A stretch of DNA of 24,502 nt, from NCBI GenBank assembly GCA_044351165.1, contig JBILGG010000001.1:1-24502 (forward strand), written 5' to 3'. This document shows positions 10,469-17,702 of the stretch, piece by piece; positions within the stretch are counted from its first letter, which is position 1, and the number at the start of each line of letters is the position of its first letter. The notes beneath the pieces were generated by a model. It had not been told where the DNA came from, searched no databases, and saw nothing but the letters and a program-made list of their open reading frames with translations. Origin of the DNA: Candidatus Caenarcanales bacterium. Lineage in GTDB: Bacteria; Cyanobacteriota; Vampirovibrionia; LMEP-6097. Both the position numbers and the translations under genes were made by a program.

Positions 10469-11346
10469 TGAGCATTGGCGGTTCACAAATCCCAGCAGAA
10501 CAAAGAGTAAACCAGATTATTCAGCGCATAGATACGCTCTCTGGTTCAGTCGAGCACAATGACTATAATCCGCAAAATAATTACGATAATTCTAACGCTC
10601 AAAACTTTAAGGCTATTGCAACCATGATGCAGGCAAACATGCTTGGACAGGCACTTTCAGGCGATAAAGATTCTTCTGGTCCATTTGATGGCATGATGAA
10701 TGGCCTGATGGGCATGAATTATCCTGGCGGGGCAATGGGTCAAATAGGTCAAATAGGTCAAATTGGCCAAATGAATCCCATGATGCAGATGATGAATATG
10801 TCGAATCCCATGTGGAACCTTATGCAAGGGCAAGGTTCAGGCGCGCAGTTTAATCCGCTAAACCAGCTCCAAAACTCTATCCCTAAGTCTTTTAATGATT
10901 CTGATATGGTAATGCCCGTTCAGGGACGGGTTTCTAGCGAGTATGGTCATCGCCACCACCCTATAAAAGGACATTCACATTTCCATTCAGGAGTCGATAT
11001 CGCCGCTCCCTTAGGAACACCTATTAGAATGCCGTGGGCCGGTAAGGTAGTCTTCGTGGGACATGTCCAGGGTTTTGGTGATAACACCGTCATTGTCGCT
11101 CATGAAAACCAAAAGCAACCTGATGGCAAAATTATTTATTCTGTGTTCGGGCATAATAGTGATGTTTTTGTTAGAGCCGGTGATACGATGGCTCAAGGTG
11201 AAATCGTCGCCGCGGTAGGCTCTGAGGGTAATTCCACTGGTCCGCATCTTCATTGGGAAACACGGCTTGGTGAGCCTGGATTACAGGGCACGCAAGTCTT
11301 TAATCAAAACCTTGCCATGACGGTTAATCCGATGAATTATGCGTAA
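10468..11346 (+). CDS. M23-family zinc metalloendopeptidase (peptidoglycan hydrolase) with N-terminal helical region and M/G/Q/N-rich linker
   Basis: HSGVDIAAP (HxxxD) and STGPHLHWE (HxH) zinc motifs, GRVSSEYG.R.HPI, YSVFGH; no signal peptide seen. Confidence 0.92.
   Translation: MSIGGSQIPAEQRVNQIIQRIDTLSGSVEHNDYNPQNNYDNSNAQNFKAIATMMQANMLGQALSGDKDSSGPFDGMMNGLMGMNYPGGAMGQIGQIGQIGQMNPMMQMMNMSNPMWNLMQGQGSGAQFNPLNQLQNSIPKSFNDSDMVMPVQGRVSSEYGHRHHPIKGHSHFHSGVDIAAPLGTPIRMPWAGKVVFVGHVQGFGDNTVIVAHENQKQPDGKIIYSVFGHNSDVFVRAGDTMAQGEIVAAVGSEGNSTGPHLHWETRLGEPGLQGTQVFNQNLAMTVNPMNYA
10738..10773 (+). repeat. 9-bp tandem repeat x4 (GGTCAAATA), encoding GQIGQIGQIGQM
   Basis: ggtcaaata ggtcaaata ggtcaaatt ggccaaatg. 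Confidence 0.85.
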
Positions 11347-11393
11347 GGATCCACTAAAAAATCGACGAAGTCGAATTTTTCAGCGAATCTTTA
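11344..11393. repeat. 50-bp palindromic copy of the same MITE/REP family, beginning at the M23 stop codon; may act as terminator
   Basis: taaggatccactaaaaaatcgac-gaa-gtcgaatttttcagcgaatcttta; each end is 17/18 identical to an end of the 145-bp element, and the 27-bp core matches 10285-10311 at 26/27. Confidence 0.8.
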
Positions 11394-11450
11394 ATTATCA
11401 ATTTTTTTAAATTCGCTCTTTATATATCTAGAGGGATATAGGGAATAGTC

Positions 11451-12536
11451 ATGAGCCTTTTGAATTTTTCAACGGCAAATAGTTTTTTTGCCCCTGGTTT
11501 AGCTTACGCGGGTCCGTCTTTTACTTCTCGTACAGGCACTGTCACGAATATTGCTAATAAAGCCAGCGAAATGCTTGATAATCTTGGTTATTGTGGATTT
11601 TTTCAATCTATAGTCGAGGGTGTTAAAAGTTTTTGTAAGAATATTAGAGAGTCATCTCTTTTTTCATGGATGTTTGATTCGGTTCAGTATGATTCTGAAT
11701 CCCGCTCTGTGATTGATAAAGCTAAGTGCCGCAATAATTCATGTACGCCTGATGAACATATTAAATATCATAAAGATCTTGAGTTTAGCGATACTAATCC
11801 TAATGGCATTTATAAATCACATTTTGCTCCGCCTGGAAAAGCTAAAACTCAAGTTTATCTACTTCTTGGTCACTGTCAGGGTTTTAAAGATAAAGAAGAA
11901 GAGACTGGCGTGCTCCGTCTTTATAATAAATTGGTAAAAGATAATGATTGTGATGTAGTTTTGTTTAGGGTAGGTTGCGCGATGACAGATCTTAAACATG
12001 TTTCAGGCTTATCTGATAAAGCGGATCTCAAGCCTGAAGTTGTAAAAGAACACATCACTAATATTATTGAAGATAGGAATCATAGTCGAGGAGTTTTTGC
12101 AGGTCATGCTAAGCCAGCTAATGTGGTGATTGCAGGATACAGCTGGGGAGCAGGTTTGAGCAAAGAAATTTTAGACAGATGGAAGAAGATTGGTAACGAT
12201 ACCAAAGTTAGCACGAGTCTAACTTTAGATGCAGTTCAGTATGGTGTAGATAATTTTGCTACCAGTCTAAAAGAGCGTCCAGCCTATTCTGAAAAGCACG
12301 TCAACATTTATCAAAACAATGATTTATTTATTAATGGTAGTGATCTAAAGGGCATGGATCCCAGTAAACAAGATGTTTCTATGGATGTTGATAAATTAAA
12401 GCCTGGTACTAGCTTACAACATACTGAGATAGATGATGATCCTAATATTATTGATTCGATGTATCGAGAAATTCGAGAATCGGTTATTAACAGCCCCGCT
12501 TCAAAACCTGGTAATTTAGTTTTGCAAAAAGTCTAA
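11451..12536 (+). CDS. Alpha/beta-hydrolase-fold protein (putative lipase/esterase) with N-terminal extension
   Basis: VVIAGYSWGAG nucleophile elbow (GxSxG), following strand TLDAV, candidate catalytic His in LQHTEIDDD; AGGGA RBS. Confidence 0.65.
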   Translation: MSLLNFSTANSFFAPGLAYAGPSFTSRTGTVTNIANKASEMLDNLGYCGFFQSIVEGVKSFCKNIRESSLFSWMFDSVQYDSESRSVIDKAKCRNNSCTPDEHIKYHKDLEFSDTNPNGIYKSHFAPPGKAKTQVYLLLGHCQGFKDKEEETGVLRLYNKLVKDNDCDVVLFRVGCAMTDLKHVSGLSDKADLKPEVVKEHITNIIEDRNHSRGVFAGHAKPANVVIAGYSWGAGLSKEILDRWKKIGNDTKVSTSLTLDAVQYGVDNFATSLKERPAYSEKHVNIYQNNDLFINGSDLKGMDPSKQDVSMDVDKLKPGTSLQHTEIDDDPNIIDSMYREIRESVINSPASKPGNLVLQKV

Positions 12537-13118
12537 AAGTTTTTTTAGGGCTTGGCTGCGGTGACTTAGTGAGTTTTTTAGTTCGTTTCCTAATTCAGCT
12601 ACAGTCTGGTCAAACCCAGTAGGGACAACGATCGGATCGTAACCAAATCCATTAGAGCCTTTGGCTTGATAGCTAATTTTTCCAGGCCAATATTCCTCAG
12701 TCTCAAAAACTTTTTGGCCACTTTGATCAAGCGCAGTGATATTACAAACAAATCTACACTCTCGGTTCTCTTGGTTTTGCATTTCTGCAAGCACGCCTTC
12801 AATCCCGCCACCAGCTTGCTTTAGGTATCTTCCAGAGTAGATTCCTGGTCTGCCACCGAGTGCAGAAATTTCAATACCACTGTCATCAGCGATCACCAAA
12901 AAACTTTCGTCAAGTAATTTACTAGTGATATCAAAACCTGCTTGAGCCTTTATAAGAGCGTTTTGGCTGAAGCTCAGACCATTTTCTTCGGGGTCGAAGA
13001 CCTCGTTATATATTTCACTAATAGCTCTAAAGCCTGCGCCAGCATTGGAGATGGAGTTAAATTCTTTGATCTTGCCTTTGTTGGAACTGCAAATTATCAG
13101 GTTTTGGTATTTATTCAT
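12516..13118 (-). CDS. rdgB: Non-canonical purine NTP pyrophosphatase (dITP/XTP), RdgB/HAM1 family
   Basis: SSNKGKIKEF, F..NA..KA, ADDSG....ALGGRPGIYSGR, GFGYDPI, SHRSQA. ATG 13118 preferred over 13139. Confidence 0.95.
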   Translation of the reverse strand: MNKYQNLIICSSNKGKIKEFNSISNAGAGFRAISEIYNEVFDPEENGLSFSQNALIKAQAGFDITSKLLDESFLVIADDSGIEISALGGRPGIYSGRYLKQAGGGIEGVLAEMQNQENRECRFVCNITALDQSGQKVFETEEYWPGKISYQAKGSNGFGYDPIVVPTGFDQTVAELGNELKNSLSHRSQALKKLLDFLQN

Positions 13119-13156
13119 AGCTTGATCAAATGTTATCATTAATATTGATAAATCCT

Positions 13157-13828
13157 ATGTTTAAAACCATAAAGCGCGAATTGCAAAACATCTACCAAAA
13201 AGACCCTTCTTGCAATAATTGCTTTGGTATATTTTTGTATTATCCTGGTTTTCAAGCGGTTTTGGCTCATAGATTTTTGCATAAACTTTGGAATCAGCCG
13301 ATAAAAGCTCTGCGACCTTTTGCTCAATTTTTGGCTAGGTTGTTTCAATACTGGATTAAAATCCTTACTAATATTGAGATTCATCCTTCAGCAAAAATTG
13401 GTAATAATTTTTTTATTGATCATGGTTCAGGTGTAGTTATCGGTGAGACTACGATTGTTGGTGATGATGTGGTTTTGTATCAGGGAGTCACTCTGGGAGG
13501 CGTTTCCACCAAAAAAGAAAAACGTCACCCGACTTTAGGCTCTAATATTGTGGTTGGTGCTGGTGCTAAAATTCTTGGTAATATTCATATTGGTGATTTT
13601 GTGCAAGTCGGCGCAAACTCTGTGGTGGTGCGGGATGTACCTTCGCATAGTACTGTTGTAGGGATCCCGGGCAAGATTATCAAGATGAATATTGAGCTTG
13701 AAGAAGCCATTAAGAACCTCGAGCACAACAACACCCCAGATTATATCGGCGTTACTCTTGAATTGTTATTAAAACGGGTCGCTGAGCTTGAAGAAGAGCT
13801 TAAATTGCTTAAATCTAAGTCTGCATAA
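13157..13828 (+). CDS. cysE: Serine O-acetyltransferase (short type)
   Basis: DPS.....LYYPGFQA...[51 protein letters not shown]-like hexapeptide repeats, GIPGK; C-terminal coiled coil. ATG 13157 preferred. Confidence 0.96.
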   Translation: MFKTIKRELQNIYQKDPSCNNCFGIFLYYPGFQAVLAHRFLHKLWNQPIKALRPFAQFLARLFQYWIKILTNIEIHPSAKIGNNFFIDHGSGVVIGETTIVGDDVVLYQGVTLGGVSTKKEKRHPTLGSNIVVGAGAKILGNIHIGDFVQVGANSVVVRDVPSHSTVVGIPGKIIKMNIELEEAIKNLEHNNTPDYIGVTLELLLKRVAELEEELKLLKSKSA

Positions 13829-15063
13829 ATTAGCCAATTGCTGGTAAATTCGTTACTCACCAAAGATTTAACTACATGAGAGATTTTAGAAATTTCTTCT
13901 AGCTTCCCGTCATCGGTCGCCACAAAAATCGCTTTTTGATAATCACTAGAATCAGGGTTATAAAAACTATACGGCTTGTTTGCTATTGACACTGTATCTA
14001 GATAGTAGTCAGGATCAAGGTTTTGTTTCATCAGCTCTTTTGATTTTTCAGCTTGGACGTCTTCTATGCTGGCATCTTTCAGGATTTTTTCTGCTTTGAA
14101 AATTTTTCTTGACATAAATCTTTTTGCCAAATCTTTTAGCACCACATCTTGCTCGTTTGCCCAGCGCTTGATGTGATGAATAATCAAAGTATCATCTAAC
14201 TGTAAAAAATTATCTAAGCTTAGCTTCTCAGGCTGGCTAACCCAGTCAAAGACAGGGGTTTCGATAAATGCGATTCTGCGATTTCTGATCAATAATTTTA
14301 CTCTTTTAAAAAGTTTAAGAAGTAAGCTATCGCTTGCTAGGCATTTTTTATGTTGGTAGACCTGCATATACATTGAGTAGCGTGCGTATAAGTAATCTTC
14401 AACTGCCAGCATTCCTTTTTCGCCACTGACTACAAGGCAGTCATAGAGCGGATTTACGGTAATGCTGTTAATTACTCGTGTCAAATCAAAATTCCCGTAT
14501 GCTGTTCCGGTGTGAAAACTATCCCTAAGTAGATAATCAAATCTATCGCAGTCCAATTGACTCGTAACGATACTTGATAAAAATTTTACTGGATAAGTTT
14601 TTTGTAGAACCGAAATAACTTTTTCACTGAAGCCTGTCTCAAACCTTTCCAGCACTTGGTTTACCTCGGTTTCGGGGCTGGCAATAATTTTTTCAGTCCA
14701 GATTTCGTGCTTGATATTGTTTATAGCCTCGCTTGAATGACTAAATGGTGCGTGCCCCAAATCATGTAACAGAGCGCTACTTAAGACAAGAGCCTTGTAT
14801 TCGTCTTTTAGAGTGGGTTCTAGATCCATTTCTTTTGTGAGCTTCTCAAACATCAATCGCGCGACGTGCATAGTACCAAGGCTATGCGGGAATCTAGATG
14901 CTTCCGCGCCGTGAAAAGTAAACCAACCAGTCCCTAGCTGGCGGATCCAGCGGAGTCTTTGCATTTCTTTTGTGTCGATCAGCGCGATAATAAGGTTTTC
15001 GGCTTTATCTTCGCTATCGAGCTGAATTTCTTTATGGATGGGGTCTCTATAAGTGCGTGACAT
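13741..15063 (-). CDS. HD-domain phosphohydrolase (COG1078/YwfO-like, dNTP triphosphohydrolase-related)
   Basis: [59 protein letters not shown]. Confidence 0.92.
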   Translation of the reverse strand: MSRTYRDPIHKEIQLDSEDKAENLIIALIDTKEMQRLRWIRQLGTGWFTFHGAEASRFPHSLGTMHVARLMFEKLTKEMDLEPTLKDEYKALVLSSALLHDLGHAPFSHSSEAINNIKHEIWTEKIIASPETEVNQVLERFETGFSEKVISVLQKTYPVKFLSSIVTSQLDCDRFDYLLRDSFHTGTAYGNFDLTRVINSITVNPLYDCLVVSGEKGMLAVEDYLYARYSMYMQVYQHKKCLASDSLLLKLFKRVKLLIRNRRIAFIETPVFDWVSQPEKLSLDNFLQLDDTLIIHHIKRWANEQDVVLKDLAKRFMSRKIFKAEKILKDASIEDVQAEKSKELMKQNLDPDYYLDTVSIANKPYSFYNPDSSDYQKAIFVATDDGKLEEISKISHVVKSLVSNEFTSNWLIYADLDLSNLSSSSSSATRFNNNSRVTPI

Positions 15064-15107
15064 TTGATTTTAAATAATCGTAAATTTAATTTTTGGCCCT
15101 GCTGGCC

Positions 15108-15123
15108 TTAACTTCATCTTAAC
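15108..15123 (+). promoter_or_regulatory. TTAA-N7-TTAAC box
   Basis: ttaa cttcatc ttaac, just upstream of the candidate sRNA and 45 bp from the HD gene start. Confidence 0.45.
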
Positions 15124-15137
15124 AACAAAATGATTAA

Positions 15138-15257
15138 ACATATACAGCTTGAGTTACGAATAGCCCAGATTCAAGGCTCTTGCGTATGTAGGACTAGTTT
15201 ATCCAAGACCGCAGGTGTTATTTAAGTGTAAGTCGGTCTTGGCTAGTCTATTTTTTT
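15138..15257 (+). ncRNA. Candidate small RNA: two stem-loops ending in a terminator-like hairpin with T7
   Basis: Imperfect stem 15138-15189; stem ggactag/ctagtct plus ccaagaccg/cggtcttgg (15191-15249) followed by A-TTTTTTT; no upstream + strand gene for it to terminate. Not recognised as any known family. Confidence 0.4.
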
Positions 15258-15281
15258 GAAATTAATATTATCTAGAAAGAC

Positions 15282-15332
15282 TAGTGCATTCGTAGACAAT
15301 GTCTTCCATAAACATTGTCTACGAATGTACTA
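15282..15332. repeat. 21-bp inverted repeat with 9-nt loop
   Basis: tagtgcattcgtagacaatgt / acattgtctacgaatgtacta; 20 Watson-Crick pairs plus one G-T. Confidence 0.85.
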
Positions 15333-15422
15333 CTAGTTCAAAATAATAGCCCTGAAAACGCCAATCTCATCCAGATTATTAAAAAAATATAATGTGCAGT
15401 AACGCATTTGCTTTAATATTTA

Positions 15423-15431
15423 TGTTATAAT
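15423..15431 (+). promoter_or_regulatory. Extended -10 promoter (TGtTATAAT)
   Basis: Perfect consensus 48 nt before the small ORF at 15480. Confidence 0.55.
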
Positions 15432-15479
15432 TACGAAAGGAGTTTATCACACTTTTTTTAACCTAAGCTTAGGAGGGTT

Positions 15480-15563
15480 ATGTTTTTTAAGATAATGGGA
15501 TTAATATTAAGAGTCGATTATGAAATTTCTTGTCAAAAAAATCAAGCCTTCTTCGTTAACTAG
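15480..15563 (+). CDS. Candidate small protein or leader peptide (27 aa: MFFKIMGLILRVDYEISCQKNQAFFVN)
   Basis: AGGAGG at 15471-15476 close to the ATG; downstream of an extended -10; stop lies just before the next RBS. Confidence 0.4.
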   Translation: MFFKIMGLILRVDYEISCQKNQAFFVN

Positions 15564-15583
15564 TTTAAGGAGATTTTCTTAGG

Positions 15584-15835
15584 ATGGATGTTAGTAAGTT
15601 ACAAGGTTTTTTTAACACTATAGTTCCGAAGATTGTTGTTGGAACTGAACACAATACTAGAAACGTACAAAGACCCTCTGTTTTTCAGAAACGAGATTCT
15701 TTTAGTAAATCAGACTTACATGTTTCAGGTAAGGCATTAGCATCTGCAACGGATGAATCTAAGTCTGTTAAGGAATCTGGACCTCGATTATCTCGATTGC
15801 TCCAAGATGCGGCAAACTATTATAGCGCAGCATAA
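15584..15835 (+). CDS. Hypothetical protein (83 aa), weak FlgM-like features
   Basis: AAGGAG RBS at 15567-15572; followed by an intrinsic terminator. Confidence 0.7.
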   Translation: MDVSKLQGFFNTIVPKIVVGTEHNTRNVQRPSVFQKRDSFSKSDLHVSGKALASATDESKSVKESGPRLSRLLQDAANYYSAA

Positions 15836-15866
15836 AAATTTTTCACTCACACCCTGTTTATTCATC

Positions 15867-15895
15867 AAGGACTCACATTGTGAGTCCTTTTTTTT
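15867..15895 (+). terminator. Rho-independent terminator
   Basis: aaggactcac-att-gtgagtcctt followed by a T run, 31 nt after the stop at 15835. Confidence 0.85.
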
Positions 15896-16002
15896 GAGTT
15901 AGTTTAGTAAGACCTTAACCCTAAAAAGTTTCAATATAAATATCAATTTTAAGTCAAAAAAATCTTTATATTAATACAGCAATTTTAGGGAGTTAAATTT
16001 TT

Positions 16003-16407
16003 ATGGTAAACATCAATGGATTAAACGGTTTTGGATCTTTAGGCGGGCCCGATAAACCAGAAATCAAGGCTCAAACTCCGGCTAATAACCAGCCAGTATT
16101 TAATCCAAATGCGCAAGTTATGCAAGCCCAGAGTCAGGCTGCTGCGATGGCGCGTCTTCAGTTTAAAAAATCCAAATCAAGCTCTGCGATTGATGATGAG
16201 ATGGAAGAATTTGAGAATTCAGAAATCGAAGTGGATGTAGAAACTATCGGCTTGATAAAAATTTCTGATGAGCAATTAGAGCGCTTCAAAGAGCGTGTAG
16301 AAAAGGGTCTTAAGGATCAAGAAGAGCAGATTATGTCAGCGGTTAATATGTTCGGTGGTAATGAAAAAGATTTGCGGCATGTGATTAGCTCGATCATGCT
16401 TTTTTAG
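16003..16407 (+). CDS. Hypothetical protein (134 aa), N/P/Q/A-rich N-half and acidic helical C-half
   Basis: AGGGAG RBS and ATG start; no family recognised. Confidence 0.75.
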   Translation: MVNINGLNGFGSLGGPDKPEIKAQTPANNQPVFNPNAQVMQAQSQAAAMARLQFKKSKSSSAIDDEMEEFENSEIEVDVETIGLIKISDEQLERFKERVEKGLKDQEEQIMSAVNMFGGNEKDLRHVISSIMLF

Positions 16408-17621
16408 TCAGATAAATATTTTTTATGCCTAAGTTCTTCAGGTAGATATTCTTGCTCTACCCAATTGCCCGGATAATCGTGCGGGTATTTATAAAGTGTT
16501 TTAGGGTTGGTTTGTGCGTTATCGCTTTTGGCTGGACAAGCATCCAGATGAAGACCTCTAAGGTGCTCTGGGACTGGGTATGGAGGGTGGTTCCTGGTGT
16601 CTTGCAGAGCTTTTTCTAGAGCCTTATAGCTTGAATTAGATTTGGGTGCAAGTGCGATATAGCTAACAGCCTGAGCCAGCACGATTCGCGCTTCGGGCAT
16701 GCCCAGTCTTAAAGCCGCTTGGTAAGCGGAGTTAGCCAGAATAAGAGCTTGCGGGTCGGCTAGCCCTACATCCTCTGAAGCAGTTACTAAAATTCTTCTA
16801 GCAACACTTTCTAATTCCGCTCCGCCTTCAAGTAACCTAGCTAACCAATACAGCGACCCATCCACGCTAGAGCCGCGCATGGATTTTTGGAGTGCTGAAA
16901 CGCAGTCATAGTAAGAGTTTGGATCGCCAGCAAAAATCTTGCGCCCGATCAGATCTTGGCAGGTAGAGAGCTCTATTGGGTTTTGATCAGTGCTATTAAT
17001 TACTAGTTCTAGGCTAGAAAGTAAATTACGAGCATCTCCCCAGCTGGCTTTGGCGAGATAACTAATAGCAGATCCATTCATAGAGCGTTTTTGGTGGCTT
17101 AGAGCGCGCCCAACAAGCGCCTCTAGATCAGTTAGTGTGTGTGGCTTAAGTTCGAATCTAAGAGTTCTACTGAGAAGCGCGCGATTAATAGAAACCGCTG
17201 GATTTTCTGTGGTCGCGCCGATAAAGATCAGGATCCCGCTTTCGATGGCGTTTAGCAAAATATCTTGCTGAGATTTATTAAAATTATGCACCTCATCTAC
17301 AAACAATAGAATCGAGTTAGGAATTTTTTCTGCGCGGTTAATAATATCTCTTAAATCTTTTACGCCAGAATTAAATGCTTGGAGTTTTATAAATTCTTTA
17401 TTGCTCTGGCGCGCGCAGAGCTCAGAAATAGAGGTTTTGCCGGTTCCAGGCGGGCCCCAAAATATCGCCGATTGTTTGATTCCGTTTTTAAACCACGCCA
17501 AAAAAGCTTGATTAGTTTTTAGGTTACCTACTATATCTTCGATACGATCCGGTCTTAGTCTGTGTGCTAGGGGTTTAAACTCAGTTGCGCTGTTATAAAA
17601 GATGTTTTCCTGACTAAGCAC
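16404..17621 (-). CDS. rarA: Replication-associated recombination protein A (RarA/MgsA AAA+ ATPase)
   Basis: PLA.RLRP, Walker A WGPPGTGKT, Walker B LFVDEVH.FNKSQQD, IGATTENP, SALQKSMRGS, ASEDVGLADP, YKYPHDY; GTG start. Confidence 0.96.
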   Translation of the reverse strand: MLSQENIFYNSATEFKPLAHRLRPDRIEDIVGNLKTNQAFLAWFKNGIKQSAIFWGPPGTGKTSISELCARQSNKEFIKLQAFNSGVKDLRDIINRAEKIPNSILLFVDEVHNFNKSQQDILLNAIESGILIFIGATTENPAVSINRALLSRTLRFELKPHTLTDLEALVGRALSHQKRSMNGSAISYLAKASWGDARNLLSSLELVINSTDQNPIELSTCQDLIGRKIFAGDPNSYYDCVSALQKSMRGSSVDGSLYWLARLLEGGAELESVARRILVTASEDVGLADPQALILANSAYQAALRLGMPEARIVLAQAVSYIALAPKSNSSYKALEKALQDTRNHPPYPVPEHLRGLHLDACPAKSDNAQTNPKTLYKYPHDYPGNWVEQEYLPEELRHKKYLSD

Positions 17622-17628
17622 TCTAAAG

Positions 17629-17637
17629 ATTATAACA
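17629..17637 (-). promoter_or_regulatory. Extended -10 (TGtTATAAT) for rarA
   Basis: 7 nt before GTG 17621. Confidence 0.6.
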
Positions 17638-17653
17638 AATACCTATAGAGCCC

Positions 17654-17668
17654 TTAACTAAAGCTTAA
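17654..17668 (+). promoter_or_regulatory. TTAAC-N6-TTAA box upstream of the 283-aa orphan
   Basis: ttaac taaagc ttaa, 34 nt before ATG 17703. Confidence 0.45.
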
Positions 17669-17702
17669 TTTGTTTTTCTTAAATTGAGATGTAGTAAATT
17701 TC

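Noticed and set aside
10177-11393. Palindromic repeats considered as a CRISPR array
   Set aside because: No regular repeat-spacer periodicity, copies are variable and about 1 kb apart, and no cas genes are present.
15130-15225. 31-aa ORF (MIKHIQLELRIAQIQGSCVCRTSLSKTAGVI) inside the sRNA candidate
   Set aside because: No RBS or other support, and an ORF this short is expected by chance; a dual-function RNA cannot be excluded.
15064-15360. Riboswitch or OMEGA/HEARO-type RNA upstream of the HD gene
   Set aside because: No conserved aptamer or omega-RNA motif recognised on either strand, no adjacent TnpB/IscB/HNH gene, and the terminator polarity points away from the HD gene.
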